From positions 948,738 to 1,012,737 of the forward strand of contig CAWIPP010000002.1 in assembly GCA_963838175.1 (NCBI GenBank): a stretch of 64,000 nucleotides of DNA. The letters are read 5' to 3'. Under the pieces are notes generated by a model that worked only from the letters and a program-made list of their open reading frames with translations, searched no databases and was not told the DNA's origin. Both the position numbers and the translations under genes were made by a program. Positions 27,180-37,653 of the stretch are shown here, in pieces (the first letter of the stretch is position 1; each line of letters starts with the position of its first letter). This DNA comes from an uncultured Thermoleophilia bacterium (GTDB lineage Bacteria > Actinomycetota > Thermoleophilia > Solirubrobacterales > 70-9).

Positions 27180-28154
27180 ATGGCTGAGAGAACCGAGCGG
27201 AGGGTGATCATGCCGCTCGCCTGGGCGCCCGGTTCGCTGCTCGAACCCACCCCTCCGCCCGACGGCGTCTCCGACGAGTACGGAAACGCCGAGCCCGAGT
27301 GGCTCGCGATCGACTGGCGCGAGCACCTGCGCACCGCGCGGGTTATGGACACGGACGTGAACTACGTCGAGACCGGCTCGTCGTCGGCGGAGGGGGAACC
27401 GCCGCTGGTCTTCGTCCACGGGCTCTCCGGTGCCTGGCAGAACTGGCTCGAGAACATCCCCCACTTCGCGCGCTCCCGCAGAGTGATCGCGCTCGACCTG
27501 CCGGGCTTCGGCGCCAGCGCCGAGCCGCCGTGGGAGCCGACTATCGACGCCTACGGCCGCTTGCTGACCGAGTTCTGCGACGAGCTCGGAATCGAGCGCT
27601 GTGAGCTGGTCGGCAACTCGATGGGCGGCTTCGTGGCCGCCGAGGAGGCGATCTCCGACCCCGGCCGAGTCGAGAGCCTGGTTCTCGTCTCCGCCGCGGG
27701 CATCTCGCACGCGCGGATGGCAAGGACCCCCGCGACGACCGCGGCCCGCTTCGCCGCGGCGGCCGCCCCGTACGCGTTCAAGTATCGCCAGCAGGCGCTC
27801 ACCCGCCCGGTGATCCGCCACTACGCCCTGCGCGGCGTCTTCTACAAGCCGACGGCATTGCGCCCCGAGATCGTCTGGGAGAACCTCGAGGCCGGCATCA
27901 ACGCGCCCGGCATGCTCGCCGCCGTGGAGGGGCTGGTCGGCTACGACTTCACCGACCGCCTACCGGAGATCGAGGTCCCGACCCTGATCGTCTGGGGTCG
28001 CCAGGACCGCGTCGTCCCGCCCGCCGACGGGGAGGAGTTCCAGCGGCTGATTCCCAACTCCCGCCTCGTCGTCTTCGACCGCTGCGGCCACGTCCCCCAG
28101 CTCGAGAAGCCGGCGCGTTTCAACGCGCTGCTGTACGAGTTCCTAAGCGAGTAG
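27180..28154 (+). CDS. Alpha/beta hydrolase fold protein
   Basis: ATG at 27180 in ORF 27081-28154. ..PLVFVHGLSGAWQNW..ELVGNSMGGFVA (GxSxG)..GRQDRVVP..CGHVPQLEKP.. Confidence 0.8.
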   Translation: MAERTERRVIMPLAWAPGSLLEPTPPPDGVSDEYGNAEPEWLAIDWREHLRTARVMDTDVNYVETGSSSAEGEPPLVFVHGLSGAWQNWLENIPHFARSRRVIALDLPGFGASAEPPWEPTIDAYGRLLTEFCDELGIERCELVGNSMGGFVAAEEAISDPGRVESLVLVSAAGISHARMARTPATTAARFAAAAAPYAFKYRQQALTRPVIRHYALRGVFYKPTALRPEIVWENLEAGINAPGMLAAVEGLVGYDFTDRLPEIEVPTLIVWGRQDRVVPPADGEEFQRLIPNSRLVVFDRCGHVPQLEKPARFNALLYEFLSE

Positions 28155-28251
28155 GGCACCAAGCCCGCTGTACGGTTCGGGCATCTCCGAGCTGGTCAAC
28201 GAGCACTGCCGCGAGTACCCGGAGGGGACCCCGCCCCTCTCCGAGGCGGAG

Positions 28252-28515
28252 GTGGGCGAGCTCGCCGGCGAGGTCCCGGACTGGGAGCGTGACGGCGAGG
28301 GCCGGCTGGCCCGGGCGTTCGCGTTCGACGACTTCGGTGGCGCGTTCGGCCTCGTCGCTCGGGTCGCCCTGCTCGCCGAGGCGGAATCCCATCACCCGGT
28401 CGTGGAGCTCGAATGGGGGCGGGCCGCGTTCGCGAGCTGGACCCACACCGCCGCGGGCCTCACCCGGAACGACTTCATCCTGGCGGCGAAGATCGATCAG
28501 CTCGCCGGCGCCTGA
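28252..28515 (+). CDS. phhB: 4a-hydroxytetrahydrobiopterin dehydratase (PCD/DCoH); true start probably upstream
   Basis: ..VPDWERDGEGRLARAFAFDDFGGAFGLVARVALLAEAESHHPVVELEWGRAAFASWTHTAAGLTRNDFILA.. The in-frame upstream sequence (..ELVNEHCREYPEGTPPLSEAEV) looks coding but has no canonical start before GTG at 28252. Confidence 0.75.
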   Translation: MGELAGEVPDWERDGEGRLARAFAFDDFGGAFGLVARVALLAEAESHHPVVELEWGRAAFASWTHTAAGLTRNDFILAAKIDQLAGA

Positions 28516-29315
28516 GCGGTTCCCGGCTTGCGGGCGACGACTACGAGTCCGGTCGTCGGCGTCGTGAGGTCCGCCCCCGCCAGCGAGCCGCAGGACTCGA
28601 TCAACTCGAACCCGGCCCCGGCGAGCATCGAGCACAGCTCGCGGACGCCGTACACCCGCATCTCGTAGGCCCGCGCCGGCCCCCAACCAGAACCGTCACT
28701 CAGGGACTGGAGCTCACGCATGACCCCGCGCCGCGGATCGAACTCGCGATCGAGTCGCAGGGTGGCCCCGCCCGGCAAGACGCGCTCCTCGGTCGCGGCG
28801 AAGCCGGCCTCGAGCTCTCCGCGGTGAAGCGTCTCGACGACGAGCCGGCCGCCGGGGACGAGGGCGCGATGAAACTCGGACAGCGCCCGCCGATCGCCGT
28901 CGTCACCGAGGTAGCCGAGCCCGGTGCCGAGGTTGAGGACGGCGTCGAATCGACCCGACCGGAACGGCAGCCGGGAGTAGCAGCCCCTGACGAAGCGCGG
29001 CCAGCGCGCCCCGGCCGCCGATTGCTTGCCGGCGGCGAGCAGGAGCGGGGAGCGATCGAAGGCGACGACGCGGTAGCCGGCGCGCGCGAGCGGGACGGCG
29101 TGCCTACCATTGCCACAGCCCGCGTCGAGGACCAGCGCACCCAGCTCGCACCCGGCCAGGGAAGCCGCCGCGACGGCCTCCGCGGCCGAACTGTAATCCG
29201 TCCGCTCCTCCCGCACTGTACGCAGGAAGAGTGGATCGTCGAAGAACCCGCCGGCTTCCAGCTCGCGACTCGGGCGAGGATCGCTCCGGAGCAAGGCGTT
29301 AGGGGATGGTGCCAT
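28497..29315 (-). CDS. Class I SAM-dependent methyltransferase
   Basis: 272 aa. ..VLDAGCGNGRHAVPLARAGYRVVAFDRS.. (motif I), ..FDAVLNLGTGLGYL.. Its 3' end overlaps the convergent phhB by 19 nt. Confidence 0.8.
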   Translation of the reverse strand: MAPSPNALLRSDPRPSRELEAGGFFDDPLFLRTVREERTDYSSAAEAVAAASLAGCELGALVLDAGCGNGRHAVPLARAGYRVVAFDRSPLLLAAGKQSAAGARWPRFVRGCYSRLPFRSGRFDAVLNLGTGLGYLGDDGDRRALSEFHRALVPGGRLVVETLHRGELEAGFAATEERVLPGGATLRLDREFDPRRGVMRELQSLSDGSGWGPARAYEMRVYGVRELCSMLAGAGFELIESCGSLAGADLTTPTTGLVVVARKPGTAQAPAS

Positions 29316-29375
29316 CGTGTCCGTCCGCCGACTGTCGGGCTCAGCGTACGCCTTCGCCCGAATGTTGTGAAGGGC

Positions 29376-31058
29376 TCAGCCCGTGATCGCGCCGGCCGAG
29401 GCCGAGGAGACGGTGGCGGCGTACTTGGCCATGACGCCCCTCGTGTACGCGGGCTCGGGAGACTCGTATTCGGCGATCCGCTGCTCGATCTCCTCGTCGG
29501 AGAGGGCGGCCTCGAGGCGCCGGCCGTCGACGTCGATCGTCACCTCGTCGCCGTCGCGGAGAGCCGCGATCGGCCCTCCCTTCGATGCCTCGGGCGCGAC
29601 GTGGCCGACCATCAAGCCGCGGGTGGCGCCGGAGAAGCGCCCGTCGGTGAGTAGGGCGACCTCCTCGCCGAGCCCCTCGCCGACGATCGCCGCGGTGACC
29701 TGGAGCATCTCGCGCATCCCGGGGCCGCCGGCCGGGCCCTCGTTGCGGATCACGACGATGTCGCCGGGCTCGATTCGCTGATCCTTGACCGCCGCGAAGC
29801 ACTCCTCCTCGGACTCGAACACCCGCGCCGGGCCGGTCTGCCCCTTGCGCTCCGTGCCGGCGAGCTTCACCACCGACCCCTCGGGGGCGAGGTTGCCGCG
29901 CAGGATCGCCAGGCCGCCCTCGGGCTTGAGCGGGTCGGCGAGCGGCCGGACCACCTCCTGGCCGTCCTCCTCGGTTGCCGCGTCGGCCTCCTCGCCGATC
30001 GTCCTGCCGCTCACGGTGATCGCGTCGCGGTGCAGGAGCCCCGCCTCGGAGAGGCGGTTGAGGATCAGGGGCACGCCCCCGGCCCGGTAGAGGTCGGTGG
30101 CGACGAAGCGACCGCCGGGCTTCAGGTCGGCGAGTAGGGGCGTGCGCTTCGAGATCCGCTCGAAGTCGTCGATGTCGAGCTCGATCCCAGCCTCGCGAGC
30201 GACCGCGAGCAGGTGCAGGACGCCGTTGGTCGAGCCGCCGGAGGCGCACACGCAGGCGATCGCGTTCTCGAGCGACTCCCGGGTGATCACCCGGCTGGGC
30301 CGGAGGTCCTGCTCGAGCACGGTCATCACCAGCTCGCCGATTTGCTCCGCGACCTCCTCCTTGGTCGCGTCCTCGGCCGGGACCATCGAGGAGCCGCCGG
30401 GCGAGATCCCGAGCGCCTCGAACGCGCAGGCCATCGTGTTGGCGGTGAACTGGCCGCCGCAGGCGCCGGCACCGGGGCTGGCGTGGTCCTCGAGGTCGCG
30501 CAGCTCCTCCTCTGACATCTCGCCGGCGGCGTGGGCGCCGATCGCCTCGAAGACGTCGAGGATGGTCACGTCCTTGCCGCGCCAGCGCCCCGGCGCGATC
30601 GAGCCCCCGTAGAGCATCAGGCTCGGGATGTCGAGGCGGGCGAGCGCCATCACGCAGCCGGGGATCGTCTTGTCGCAGGCCGAGAGCGCGACGATCGCGT
30701 CGAACTGGTAGCCGCGCGCCGTCAGCTCGATCGAGTCGGCGATCACCTCTCGGCTGACCAGCGAGGTCTTCATTCCCTGCGTCCCCATCGTGATCCCGTC
30801 GGATATCGCGATCGTGTTGAACTCCATCGGCGTGCCCCCCGCGGCGCGGACGCCCTCCTTGACGTGCTCGGCAAGCCCGCGGAGGTGGAAGTTGCACGGC
30901 ATCGCCTCGGTCCACGTGTTCGCGACCCCGATCGTCGGCCGCGAGAGCTCGTCGTCCCCGAACCCGATCCCCTTCATGTAGGCGCGGGCGGCGGCCCGGT
31001 CGGGTCCGTCGAATACCCCCTTCGAGCGGGGCCGGTTGTCGGTGGCGGCGCGGTTCAC
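29376..31058 (-). CDS. ilvD: Dihydroxy-acid dehydratase
   Basis: GTG at 31058 overlaps the upstream stop (GTGA). 560 aa. ..RPRSKGVFDGPDRAAARAYMKGIGF..VANTWTEAMPCNFHL..ALSACDKTIPG..TDGRFSGATRGLMVGHVAPEA.. Confidence 0.93.
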   Translation of the reverse strand: MNRAATDNRPRSKGVFDGPDRAAARAYMKGIGFGDDELSRPTIGVANTWTEAMPCNFHLRGLAEHVKEGVRAAGGTPMEFNTIAISDGITMGTQGMKTSLVSREVIADSIELTARGYQFDAIVALSACDKTIPGCVMALARLDIPSLMLYGGSIAPGRWRGKDVTILDVFEAIGAHAAGEMSEEELRDLEDHASPGAGACGGQFTANTMACAFEALGISPGGSSMVPAEDATKEEVAEQIGELVMTVLEQDLRPSRVITRESLENAIACVCASGGSTNGVLHLLAVAREAGIELDIDDFERISKRTPLLADLKPGGRFVATDLYRAGGVPLILNRLSEAGLLHRDAITVSGRTIGEEADAATEEDGQEVVRPLADPLKPEGGLAILRGNLAPEGSVVKLAGTERKGQTGPARVFESEEECFAAVKDQRIEPGDIVVIRNEGPAGGPGMREMLQVTAAIVGEGLGEEVALLTDGRFSGATRGLMVGHVAPEASKGGPIAALRDGDEVTIDVDGRRLEAALSDEEIEQRIAEYESPEPAYTRGVMAKYAATVSSASAGAITG

Positions 31059-31633
31059 GCCGCTACTTCGATCCGGCGGGACTCCCAGGCGCGCAGCCGG
31101 CGCAGATCCCGGCGGACCTGCTCGGGATCGACCTGGCGCCCGGGGAGATGCATGTTGGCGCCGGCGATCAGGTTGCGCTCGTCGCCGTGCAGCGACATCC
31201 ATTTGGCGAGCACGTCGTCCGCGTCCGGGAGCCGGGAGCCGTAGGCCGTTTCCTCGCGGTCGGGAAAGCCGACGCAGTATTCGCTGAGAAGCTCGCCGGT
31301 CTCGGCGTCGTAGGCGAGGATCGGGCGGTGCGGGTAGATCAGATAGCCGTACCCGGCGGGCTCGGCGCCGTGCGGGGTGCCGGCGACGCGGATGAAACCA
31401 AGCGACTCGTACATCGCGAAGTCGTCGTCGCCGATCGCCGTGCGGAGGAGCTCGCGTGCCTTGCGCTCGGCGCGGCGCTCGCGTCCCGGGTCGTAGGCCG
31501 GCTCGGTGCGCACCCGTGGCTCCTTCCGCCGCCTCGCAGCGAATCCGCGTGCGGCGGCGAGCGCCGTCGGACCGAAGCCGACCACGGCCAGGGTCACCAA
31601 CACGACCAGGAGGACGAGGAGCGCGAAGCTCAC
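31055..31633 (-). CDS. Hypothetical membrane-anchored protein
   Basis: 192 aa. N-terminal [22 protein letters not shown], then a soluble domain ..[32 protein letters not shown].. No family recognised. Translationally coupled to ilvD. Confidence 0.55.
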   Translation of the reverse strand: MSFALLVLLVVLVTLAVVGFGPTALAAARGFAARRRKEPRVRTEPAYDPGRERRAERKARELLRTAIGDDDFAMYESLGFIRVAGTPHGAEPAGYGYLIYPHRPILAYDAETGELLSEYCVGFPDREETAYGSRLPDADDVLAKWMSLHGDERNLIAGANMHLPGRQVDPEQVRRDLRRLRAWESRRIEVAA

Positions 31634-31646
31634 GGGCAGCTCGCGC

Positions 31647-31889
31647 TTAGCCGCCCGCGGCCGGCGGGAAGAAGATCACGCGCTCGGCGTCGGGTGGGAT
31701 CTCATCGAAGCGGCGGACCATGACGGCCTCGCGGCGACCGGCGGCAGCGGTCGGGACGGCCGCCCACATGCCGCGGTCGAGTTGGCGCCTGAACTCCTCG
31801 ATCAGGCGCTCCTCGTCCTCCGCGAGGTCGCGGTCGCCCTCGGCGAGCAGCACGTCGCCGTGCCCGGGTCGCATGCGCACCAGCTTCAC
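31647..31889 (-). CDS. Hypothetical small protein
   Basis: 80 aa. [45 protein letters not shown].. Its start overlaps the thiD stop by 4 nt. No family recognised. Confidence 0.45.
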   Translation of the reverse strand: MKLVRMRPGHGDVLLAEGDRDLAEDEERLIEEFRRQLDRGMWAAVPTAAAGRREAVMVRRFDEIPPDAERVIFFPPAAGG

Positions 31890-32758
31890 GACGTCGAATT
31901 ATGCCCGACCCCGGGCGCGGCGATGCCGAGCGCGTTCACCGGCCCGGCCCCCGAGCCCAGCTCGCGGTGCCCGGCGGCCACGGCCGCGGCGGTGATCTCG
32001 CGCGCCCGCCGGGCCGCCCGCTCGAGCCCGAGGCCGAGCGCAAGATGGGCGGCGAGGGAGGATGAGTGGGTGCACCCGGAGCCGTGCGCGGCCCCGTCGG
32101 GATGGCGCGGCCCGGGGACCGAGATCGGATCGCCGCCTCGCTCGAGGAGCAGGTCGGCGCCGTCGGGCGTGTGGCCGCCGGTGATCACGACGGCCGCCGG
32201 GCCAAGCGCGAGGACCGCGCGCGCGAGGGCGACGCGATCGGCCTCGCCGACCGGGTCCTCCTCCCCACCGCCGGCGCCGGCGAGCCGGCGCGCCTCCGGC
32301 AGATTCGGGGTGAGCACGGTCGTCAGAGGCAAGAGCTCCTCGACCAGCGCCCCGATCGCGTCGGGGTCGAGCAGCACGGCGCCGCTCTCGGCGACCATCA
32401 CCGGGTCGACCACGATCGGGACGGCCCCGGCGAGACCGCTCTCGCGCAGCGCGGCGACAACGGCGGCCGTCGTCTCCGCGGTGCCGAGCATGCCGACCTT
32501 GACGGCGTCGACGCCGATGTCCTCGGCCACGGCGGCGACCTGGTCGCGGATCGCCTCCGGCGCGATCGCGTGCACGGACCGGACCCCGGCGGTGTTCTGC
32601 GCAGTGATCGCAGTGATCGCGGTCGTCCCGTGGACGCCGGAGCGCGCGAACGCCTTCAGGTCCGCCTGGATGCCGGCCCCGCCACCGGAGTCGGAACCGG
32701 CGATCGAGAGGGCCACCGGGATCCGGGGGCGGCCTGATGCGGCGGCAGGGGAGAACAT
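31886..32758 (-). CDS. thiD: Hydroxymethylpyrimidine / phosphomethylpyrimidine kinase
   Basis: ATG at 32758 in ORF 31886-32788. ..[49 protein letters not shown].. Confidence 0.9.
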   Translation of the reverse strand: MFSPAAASGRPRIPVALSIAGSDSGGGAGIQADLKAFARSGVHGTTAITAITAQNTAGVRSVHAIAPEAIRDQVAAVAEDIGVDAVKVGMLGTAETTAAVVAALRESGLAGAVPIVVDPVMVAESGAVLLDPDAIGALVEELLPLTTVLTPNLPEARRLAGAGGGEEDPVGEADRVALARAVLALGPAAVVITGGHTPDGADLLLERGGDPISVPGPRHPDGAAHGSGCTHSSSLAAHLALGLGLERAARRAREITAAAVAAGHRELGSGAGPVNALGIAAPGVGHNSTS

Positions 32759-32843
32759 GGGCGCGCGATCTTGACACGCGCGCCGCACCGCCCGCGCGCA
32801 AATCGCGCGCCACCTGCGCGGATTTAGCGCCTAGCTTCGACCG

Positions 32844-34379
32844 GTGCTCGCTACCACGCGGACCTTTTCGCTGCTCGGGGTCGATGCCCGCGACGTGACA
32901 GTCGAGGTGGACGTGCGGATGACGGGGCTCCCCAACTTCGCGATCGTCGGCCTGCCTGACCGCGCGGTGCGCGAGTCGCGCGAACGCGTCCGGGCCGCGA
33001 TCGACAACAGCGGCTTCAAGTTCCCGCAGAATCGGATCACGGTGAACCTGGCTCCCGCGAGCCTCCGCAAGGTCGGCCCGAGCTTCGACCTCGCAATCGG
33101 CGCCGGGATCCTGATCGCGTCGGAGCAGCTCCCGCCCGTGTCCCTGGACGGTTGCGCCCTCTCGGGAGAGCTGGCTCTCGACGGAGGGATCCGGCCGGTC
33201 CCAGGCACCCTGCCGATGGTCGAGCGGGCCTACCGCTCCGGCCTCGAGAAGATCGCCGTGCCGGCCGCCGTCGCCGCCGAGGCGGCGACCGCGATCAGGC
33301 TCGGGCTGGACAGCCCGGCGGTGGTGCCACTGGACAGCCTCGCCGAGCTCGAGCAGATCGGCACCGAGACCGAGCCGCGCTGCGATCCGTCATCCGACGC
33401 GGATACGGGTGCGGTCGCCAACGGCAACGGCTCGCCGCCGGCGGACCAGCTCGACCTCGCGGACCTGCGCGGTCAGCCGTACCTGCGACGGGCGCTCGAG
33501 ATCGCGGCCGCCGGGGGGCACGGGCTGTTGATGATCGGCCCGCCCGGTGCCGGCAAGTCCCTCGCGGCTCGCCGGCTGCCGTCGATCCTGCCGCCGCTCT
33601 CGGCAGCGGAGTCGCTCGAGGTCCTCCGTCTCGCCAGCGCCTGCGGCGGTGGCATCGACGGACTTCCCCGACGCCCCTTCAGGGCGCCACACCACACGAT
33701 CTCGGCGCCGGCGCTGGTCGGCGGAGGCAGTCCGCCACGCGCGGGCGAGATCACGCTCGCCCACCGCGGTGTCCTCTTCCTCGACGAGCTCGGCGAGTTC
33801 GACCGCTCCACGCTCGAGGCCCTCCGCCAGCCGCTCGAGGAGGGCCGGGTCTCGATCGCACGCGCGCAGGGGCGGATCGACCTGCCCTCTCGCTTCGTGC
33901 TCGTCGCCGCGGCCAACCCATGTCCGTGCGGGCGCGGCGAGCGGGATGGCGATTGCTCGTGCAGGCCGTTCTCGGTCCGACGCTACGAGGCGAAGCTGAG
34001 CGGCGCGCTCGCCGACCGGATCGACATCGTGCTCGGGGTCGAGCAGCCGACCGCGGACGCGATGGCGTCGGCCGGCGGCGAGCCGTCCGAGCGGGTGCGC
34101 GAGCGGGTAATCGCGGCCCGCGAGCGCCAGGCCAAGCGCCTCGGCGGGCGCACCAACGGCGAGATGACGCCCGCCGAGACGCGATCACACTGCGAGTTGG
34201 CCGAGGCTGCCGCGTCGCTGCTCGCCGCCGGTCACGCCCGCTACCGACTCAGCGGGCGCGGCCACGATCGGGTGGCGCGGGTTGCGCGGACGATCGCCGA
34301 TCTCGACGGCGCCGAGCGAATCGAGGAGCGCCACGTCGGCGAGGCGCTCTCGCTGCGCCGGCGCCCGGAGCAGCGGTGA
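32844..34379 (+). CDS. YifB/ComM family Mg-chelatase-like ATPase
   Basis: 511 aa. ..VEVDVRMTGLPNFAIVGLPD..LLMIGPPGAGKSLAARRL (Walker A)..GVLFLDELGEF (Walker B)..CPCG.. Confidence 0.92.
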   Translation: MLATTRTFSLLGVDARDVTVEVDVRMTGLPNFAIVGLPDRAVRESRERVRAAIDNSGFKFPQNRITVNLAPASLRKVGPSFDLAIGAGILIASEQLPPVSLDGCALSGELALDGGIRPVPGTLPMVERAYRSGLEKIAVPAAVAAEAATAIRLGLDSPAVVPLDSLAELEQIGTETEPRCDPSSDADTGAVANGNGSPPADQLDLADLRGQPYLRRALEIAAAGGHGLLMIGPPGAGKSLAARRLPSILPPLSAAESLEVLRLASACGGGIDGLPRRPFRAPHHTISAPALVGGGSPPRAGEITLAHRGVLFLDELGEFDRSTLEALRQPLEEGRVSIARAQGRIDLPSRFVLVAAANPCPCGRGERDGDCSCRPFSVRRYEAKLSGALADRIDIVLGVEQPTADAMASAGGEPSERVRERVIAARERQAKRLGGRTNGEMTPAETRSHCELAEAAASLLAAGHARYRLSGRGHDRVARVARTIADLDGAERIEERHVGEALSLRRRPEQR

Positions 34380-35470
34380 TCGACTGCTGCGAGGGGTGCT
34401 TGCGGCGGTCCGCCCTGGTCGCGGCGCTCGCCCCGAGGATCGAGCGGGTCGCCACGCGTGGCGGCCGATCGCAGGCGCGGCAGATCCTCGCGCTCTCCGA
34501 CAAGCGGCTGATCGCCGCGATGGGCCTCGCTGCGTCGCCGCTGCGCGGCGGCGAGGTGACGAGGATCCCCGCCGCGGTCGAGGACGCCGGGGGATGGGCG
34601 GTCTGCCGGCACGCAGCCGGTTACCCGGGCCGGCTCGCCGACCTCGGTGAGGAGCGGCCGGCCGTGATCTTCGGGCTGGGTCACCGCGATCTGCTCGCTG
34701 AAATGAATCCGCGAGCGCCGGCGATCACGATCGTCGGCGCGCGCCGGGCGTCGAGCTATGGACGCGCCACCGCGTACGGCCTCGCGATGCCGCTGGCCGG
34801 CGCCGGCCTGCCGGTGATCAGCGGCATGGCGAGCGGAGCCGACGTCGCGGCGCACCGTGGCGCGCTCGACGCCAACGGCCCGACCGTCGCTGTGCTCGGA
34901 ACCGGGATCGACGTGCCGTACCCGGTCGGCGAGCGCGCCACCTACGAGCGGATCGTCCGCGAGGGAGCGGTCGTATCCGAGATGCCGCCGGGCTCACGCC
35001 CCTTCCGATGGACCTTTCCGGCGCGCAACCGGATCATGGCCGCGCTCGGATCGATCACGGTCGTGGTCGAGGCCGCCAAACGCTCGGGCTCCCTGATCAC
35101 CGCCGAGATGGCCCAGGACCTGGCACGGGACGTGGGCGCCGTGCCCGGCCGGGTCGACGGCCGGCTCGCGGCGGGCCCGAACGCGCTCCTGGCCGACGGA
35201 GCGGTCGTGGTCCGCGACGCCCAGGACGTCCTCGACGCGGTGCTCGGGCCGGGGAACGCTTCGCTGGCGGTTCCAAGCGCGGGAGCACTCGATCCGGAGC
35301 TCGATTCCGTGCTCGAGGCGGTCGAGGGCGGCGCCGGGACACCCGATCAGGTGGCCGCCGCCACCTTGCTCGACGCCGGCAGCGCCGCCGCGGCGCTCGC
35401 ACGGCTCGAGGTCCTGGGCCGGGTTGCCTGCGGGGTCGGCGGACGGTTCGCGCCCGCGGGGCCGCGGTGA
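34376..35470 (+). CDS. dprA: DNA-processing protein DprA
   Basis: GTG at 34376 overlaps the yifB TGA. It is the tail of ORF 33152-35470: ..ITIVGARRASSYGRATAYGLA..GLPVISGMASGADVAAHRGAL..TVAVLGTGIDVPYP..FPARNRIMAALG.. Confidence 0.88.
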   Translation: MIDCCEGCLRRSALVAALAPRIERVATRGGRSQARQILALSDKRLIAAMGLAASPLRGGEVTRIPAAVEDAGGWAVCRHAAGYPGRLADLGEERPAVIFGLGHRDLLAEMNPRAPAITIVGARRASSYGRATAYGLAMPLAGAGLPVISGMASGADVAAHRGALDANGPTVAVLGTGIDVPYPVGERATYERIVREGAVVSEMPPGSRPFRWTFPARNRIMAALGSITVVVEAAKRSGSLITAEMAQDLARDVGAVPGRVDGRLAAGPNALLADGAVVVRDAQDVLDAVLGPGNASLAVPSAGALDPELDSVLEAVEGGAGTPDQVAAATLLDAGSAAAALARLEVLGRVACGVGGRFAPAGPR

Positions 35471-35895
35471 CCGAGGCGCGAATGCGGCTGGGCCGGGCCG
35501 CGGAGGAGCTGGCGGCGCGGAGGCTGGACGCGGCGAGTGTGAGGGTGATCGCGAGGAACGTGCGCGTACGGGATCCGGAGTCGGGGCTCGTCGGGGAGCT
35601 GGATCTGATCGGAGAGGCGGGAGGGACGCTCGTCTTCGTCGAGGTGAAGGCGGGCCGTGCGGGCCGAAGACACGGCCCGGAGCGGCCGGCGCTGGCGGTG
35701 GGGCGACGAAAGCAGCATCAGATCCGCCGCCTAGCGCGTTTCTGGCTCACGACCGAGGCCGGGCGGCTCTATGCGCGCATCCGTTTCGACGTCATCGGCG
35801 TCACCTACGCGGCGGGCGACTCCGCTGAGGTGGAATGGATCCGCGGGCGTTCTAGCGGCGCCGCGTTCCTGACTTGGGGTCTATACGACCCCTAA
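35467..35895 (+). CDS. yraN: YraN family (UPF0102) endonuclease-like protein
   Basis: GTG at 35467 overlaps the dprA TGA. ..GRAAEELAARRLDAASVRVIARNVRV..GELDLIGEAGGTLVFVEVKA.. The expected end ..EWIRGAF* needs a 1-nt correction near 35850, so the real stop may be about 35860. Confidence 0.75.
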   Translation: MTEARMRLGRAAEELAARRLDAASVRVIARNVRVRDPESGLVGELDLIGEAGGTLVFVEVKAGRAGRRHGPERPALAVGRRKQHQIRRLARFWLTTEAGRLYARIRFDVIGVTYAAGDSAEVEWIRGRSSGAAFLTWGLYDP

Positions 35896-35916
35896 TCCAG
35901 GAATGCTTCGGGCTGG

Positions 35917-36345
35917 CTAGCCCTCGGTGATTCGGATCTCGGCGCTGAACTCCTCGAAGATCGCGGGAACCCGCTCGCCCTCACCCGCGTCGATCGCCTT
36001 GTAGAGCTCCTCGAAGAACTCCGCCGTCCGCAGCGCCGGTCGGACCTGCCAGCGCATCCGCGTCGGGACGTCGGCGCCCATCTTGTGCGGGGTCCCGGCG
36101 GGGACCTCGAAGGTCTCCCCCGCCTCGTAGCGGCGCTCCTCCCCGCCGACGATCGTCTGGACGGCGCCCTCCAGGACCTCGAACCGCTCGGCCTGGCTCG
36201 GGTGCAGGTGCTCCGGGGGCATCGCCCCCGTCCCCGCGTAGGTGGCCTCCATCTCGAGCAGCTCGCCGTCGGTCTCCGCGGCCGTTTTCACGAGCAGCAG
36301 CCGGAAGCCGCCGGGCCCTTCGAGCTCCTGGCCGGCGTGGGCCAC
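35917..36345 (-). CDS. Cupin domain protein
   Basis: GTG at 36345 in ORF 35917-36501. ..LLEMEATYAGTGAMPPEHLHPSQAERFEVLEGAV..ETFEVPAGTPHKM.. Confidence 0.65.
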   Translation of the reverse strand: MAHAGQELEGPGGFRLLLVKTAAETDGELLEMEATYAGTGAMPPEHLHPSQAERFEVLEGAVQTIVGGEERRYEAGETFEVPAGTPHKMGADVPTRMRWQVRPALRTAEFFEELYKAIDAGEGERVPAIFEEFSAEIRITEG

Positions 36346-36349
36346 GCCG

Positions 36350-37040
36350 CTACCCCAGCTCGAGCTGGCTGTAGGCGATCGACTGGAAGGAGCGGCGGTG
36401 GAGGGTCGAGATCCCGTTGGCCTCGATCGCGGCGCGGTGCTCGGGGGTCGAGTAGCCGACGTTCGTGGCGAAGTCCCAGTCCGGGTAGGCGTCCGCGACA
36501 CGGTGCATGTAGCGGTCCCTGGTCACCTTGGCGATCACCGAGGCGGCGGCGATCGCGGCGCTGCGGGCGTCGCCGTCGATCACCGCCGTGTGCTCGACCC
36601 GGCAGTCGCGGACCCGAGAAGCCGTCGGAGAGGCAGACGAGGTCGGCCGGGTCGGCCGCGGCGGCGACCCGCTCGAGGGTGCGGGCCAGGGCCGCGAGGT
36701 TGGTGACGTGGAGGCCGCGGGAGTCGATCCCGCGCACGCAGCGGGCGGTGACCGAAACCCGGCTCGCGGCGCGGAGGATCACCGGGAAGAGCTGCTCGCG
36801 CTCCTCGGCGCTTCGCTGCTTGGAGTCGTCGAGCAGTCCGAGCGCGCGGCGGTCGCGAAGGTTGAGTCGACTCGTAGTCGATCAGCACGGCCGCCGCGAC
36901 CAGCGGGCCGGCGAGCGAGCCGCGACCGGCCTCGTCCGCGCCGGCGACGAAGCGGGCGCCGAGCCTACGGTCGAACCGGAAGAGCTTCGCGGCGCGGCGG
37001 CGGCGGCGCTTCTCCGCGGCGCGCCGGGCCCCACGCGGAG
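36350..37040 (-). CDS. rnhB: Ribonuclease HII; two frame shifts, start not resolved
   Basis: ..[25 protein letters not shown].. / ..[34 protein letters not shown].. / ..[49 protein letters not shown].. in three frames. Confidence 0.8.
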
Positions 37041-37045
37041 CGGGG

Positions 37046-37609
37046 CTAGAAGATTCCGAGTCGGTCGGGGGGCCAGTAGGTGACGAAGGCCTTGCCGATG
37101 ATCCAGTCTCGGGGGACGGGTCCCCAGAAGCGGCTGTCGTCCGAGGCGCCACGGTTGTCGCCCATCATGAAGTAATGGTCCTCCGGAATCACGATCTCTT
37201 CCGGCAAATTGCAGCTTCCTCCGCCGCCGCAGGGCCGGATTTCCCAGTCTCCCTCGACCGGCTCGCCGTTGACGATCGGGATCCCTTCCTCGATCCGCAG
37301 GCGATCTCCCCCGACCGCGACCACGCGCTTGATGAAGTTCGTGTCGGAGCGCTCGGGGGTCGGCTCCGGACAGGCCTCGCCGGGATCGCGCGGCACGCCG
37401 CATTGGTTGCCGCGGTCGGCGCCCTTGGGCGGGTTGAAGACGACGATGTCCCCAGCGTCGGGATCGCCGAAGTGGTAGATGACCCGGTTGACCAGGACGC
37501 GCTGCCCGATCTCGAGGGTGGGGACCATCGACTCGGACGGGATCTGGTAGGGCTTGACGACGAAGGCCTGGATCGCCAGCGCCAGCCCGACCGCGAGCCC
37601 GACGATCAC
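37046..37609 (-). CDS. lepB: Signal peptidase I
   Basis: 187 aa. ..[60 protein letters not shown].. The in-frame upstream residues (..[13 protein letters not shown]) suggest the true start may lie further upstream without a canonical codon. Confidence 0.88.
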   Translation of the reverse strand: MIVGLAVGLALAIQAFVVKPYQIPSESMVPTLEIGQRVLVNRVIYHFGDPDAGDIVVFNPPKGADRGNQCGVPRDPGEACPEPTPERSDTNFIKRVVAVGGDRLRIEEGIPIVNGEPVEGDWEIRPCGGGGSCNLPEEIVIPEDHYFMMGDNRGASDDSRFWGPVPRDWIIGKAFVTYWPPDRLGIF

Positions 37610-37653
37610 GACCAGCTCGAAGAGCGCGCCGCGTCCGGTTTTCGGCTTCGGGA

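Noticed and set aside
33152-35470. A 772-aa plus-strand ORF, the longest in the window
   Set aside because: Its first ~400 aa are Arg/Pro/Gly-rich low-complexity sequence in an alternative frame over the well-supported yifB gene. Only the part from GTG at 34376 (dprA) is credible. It is a typical high-GC shadow ORF.
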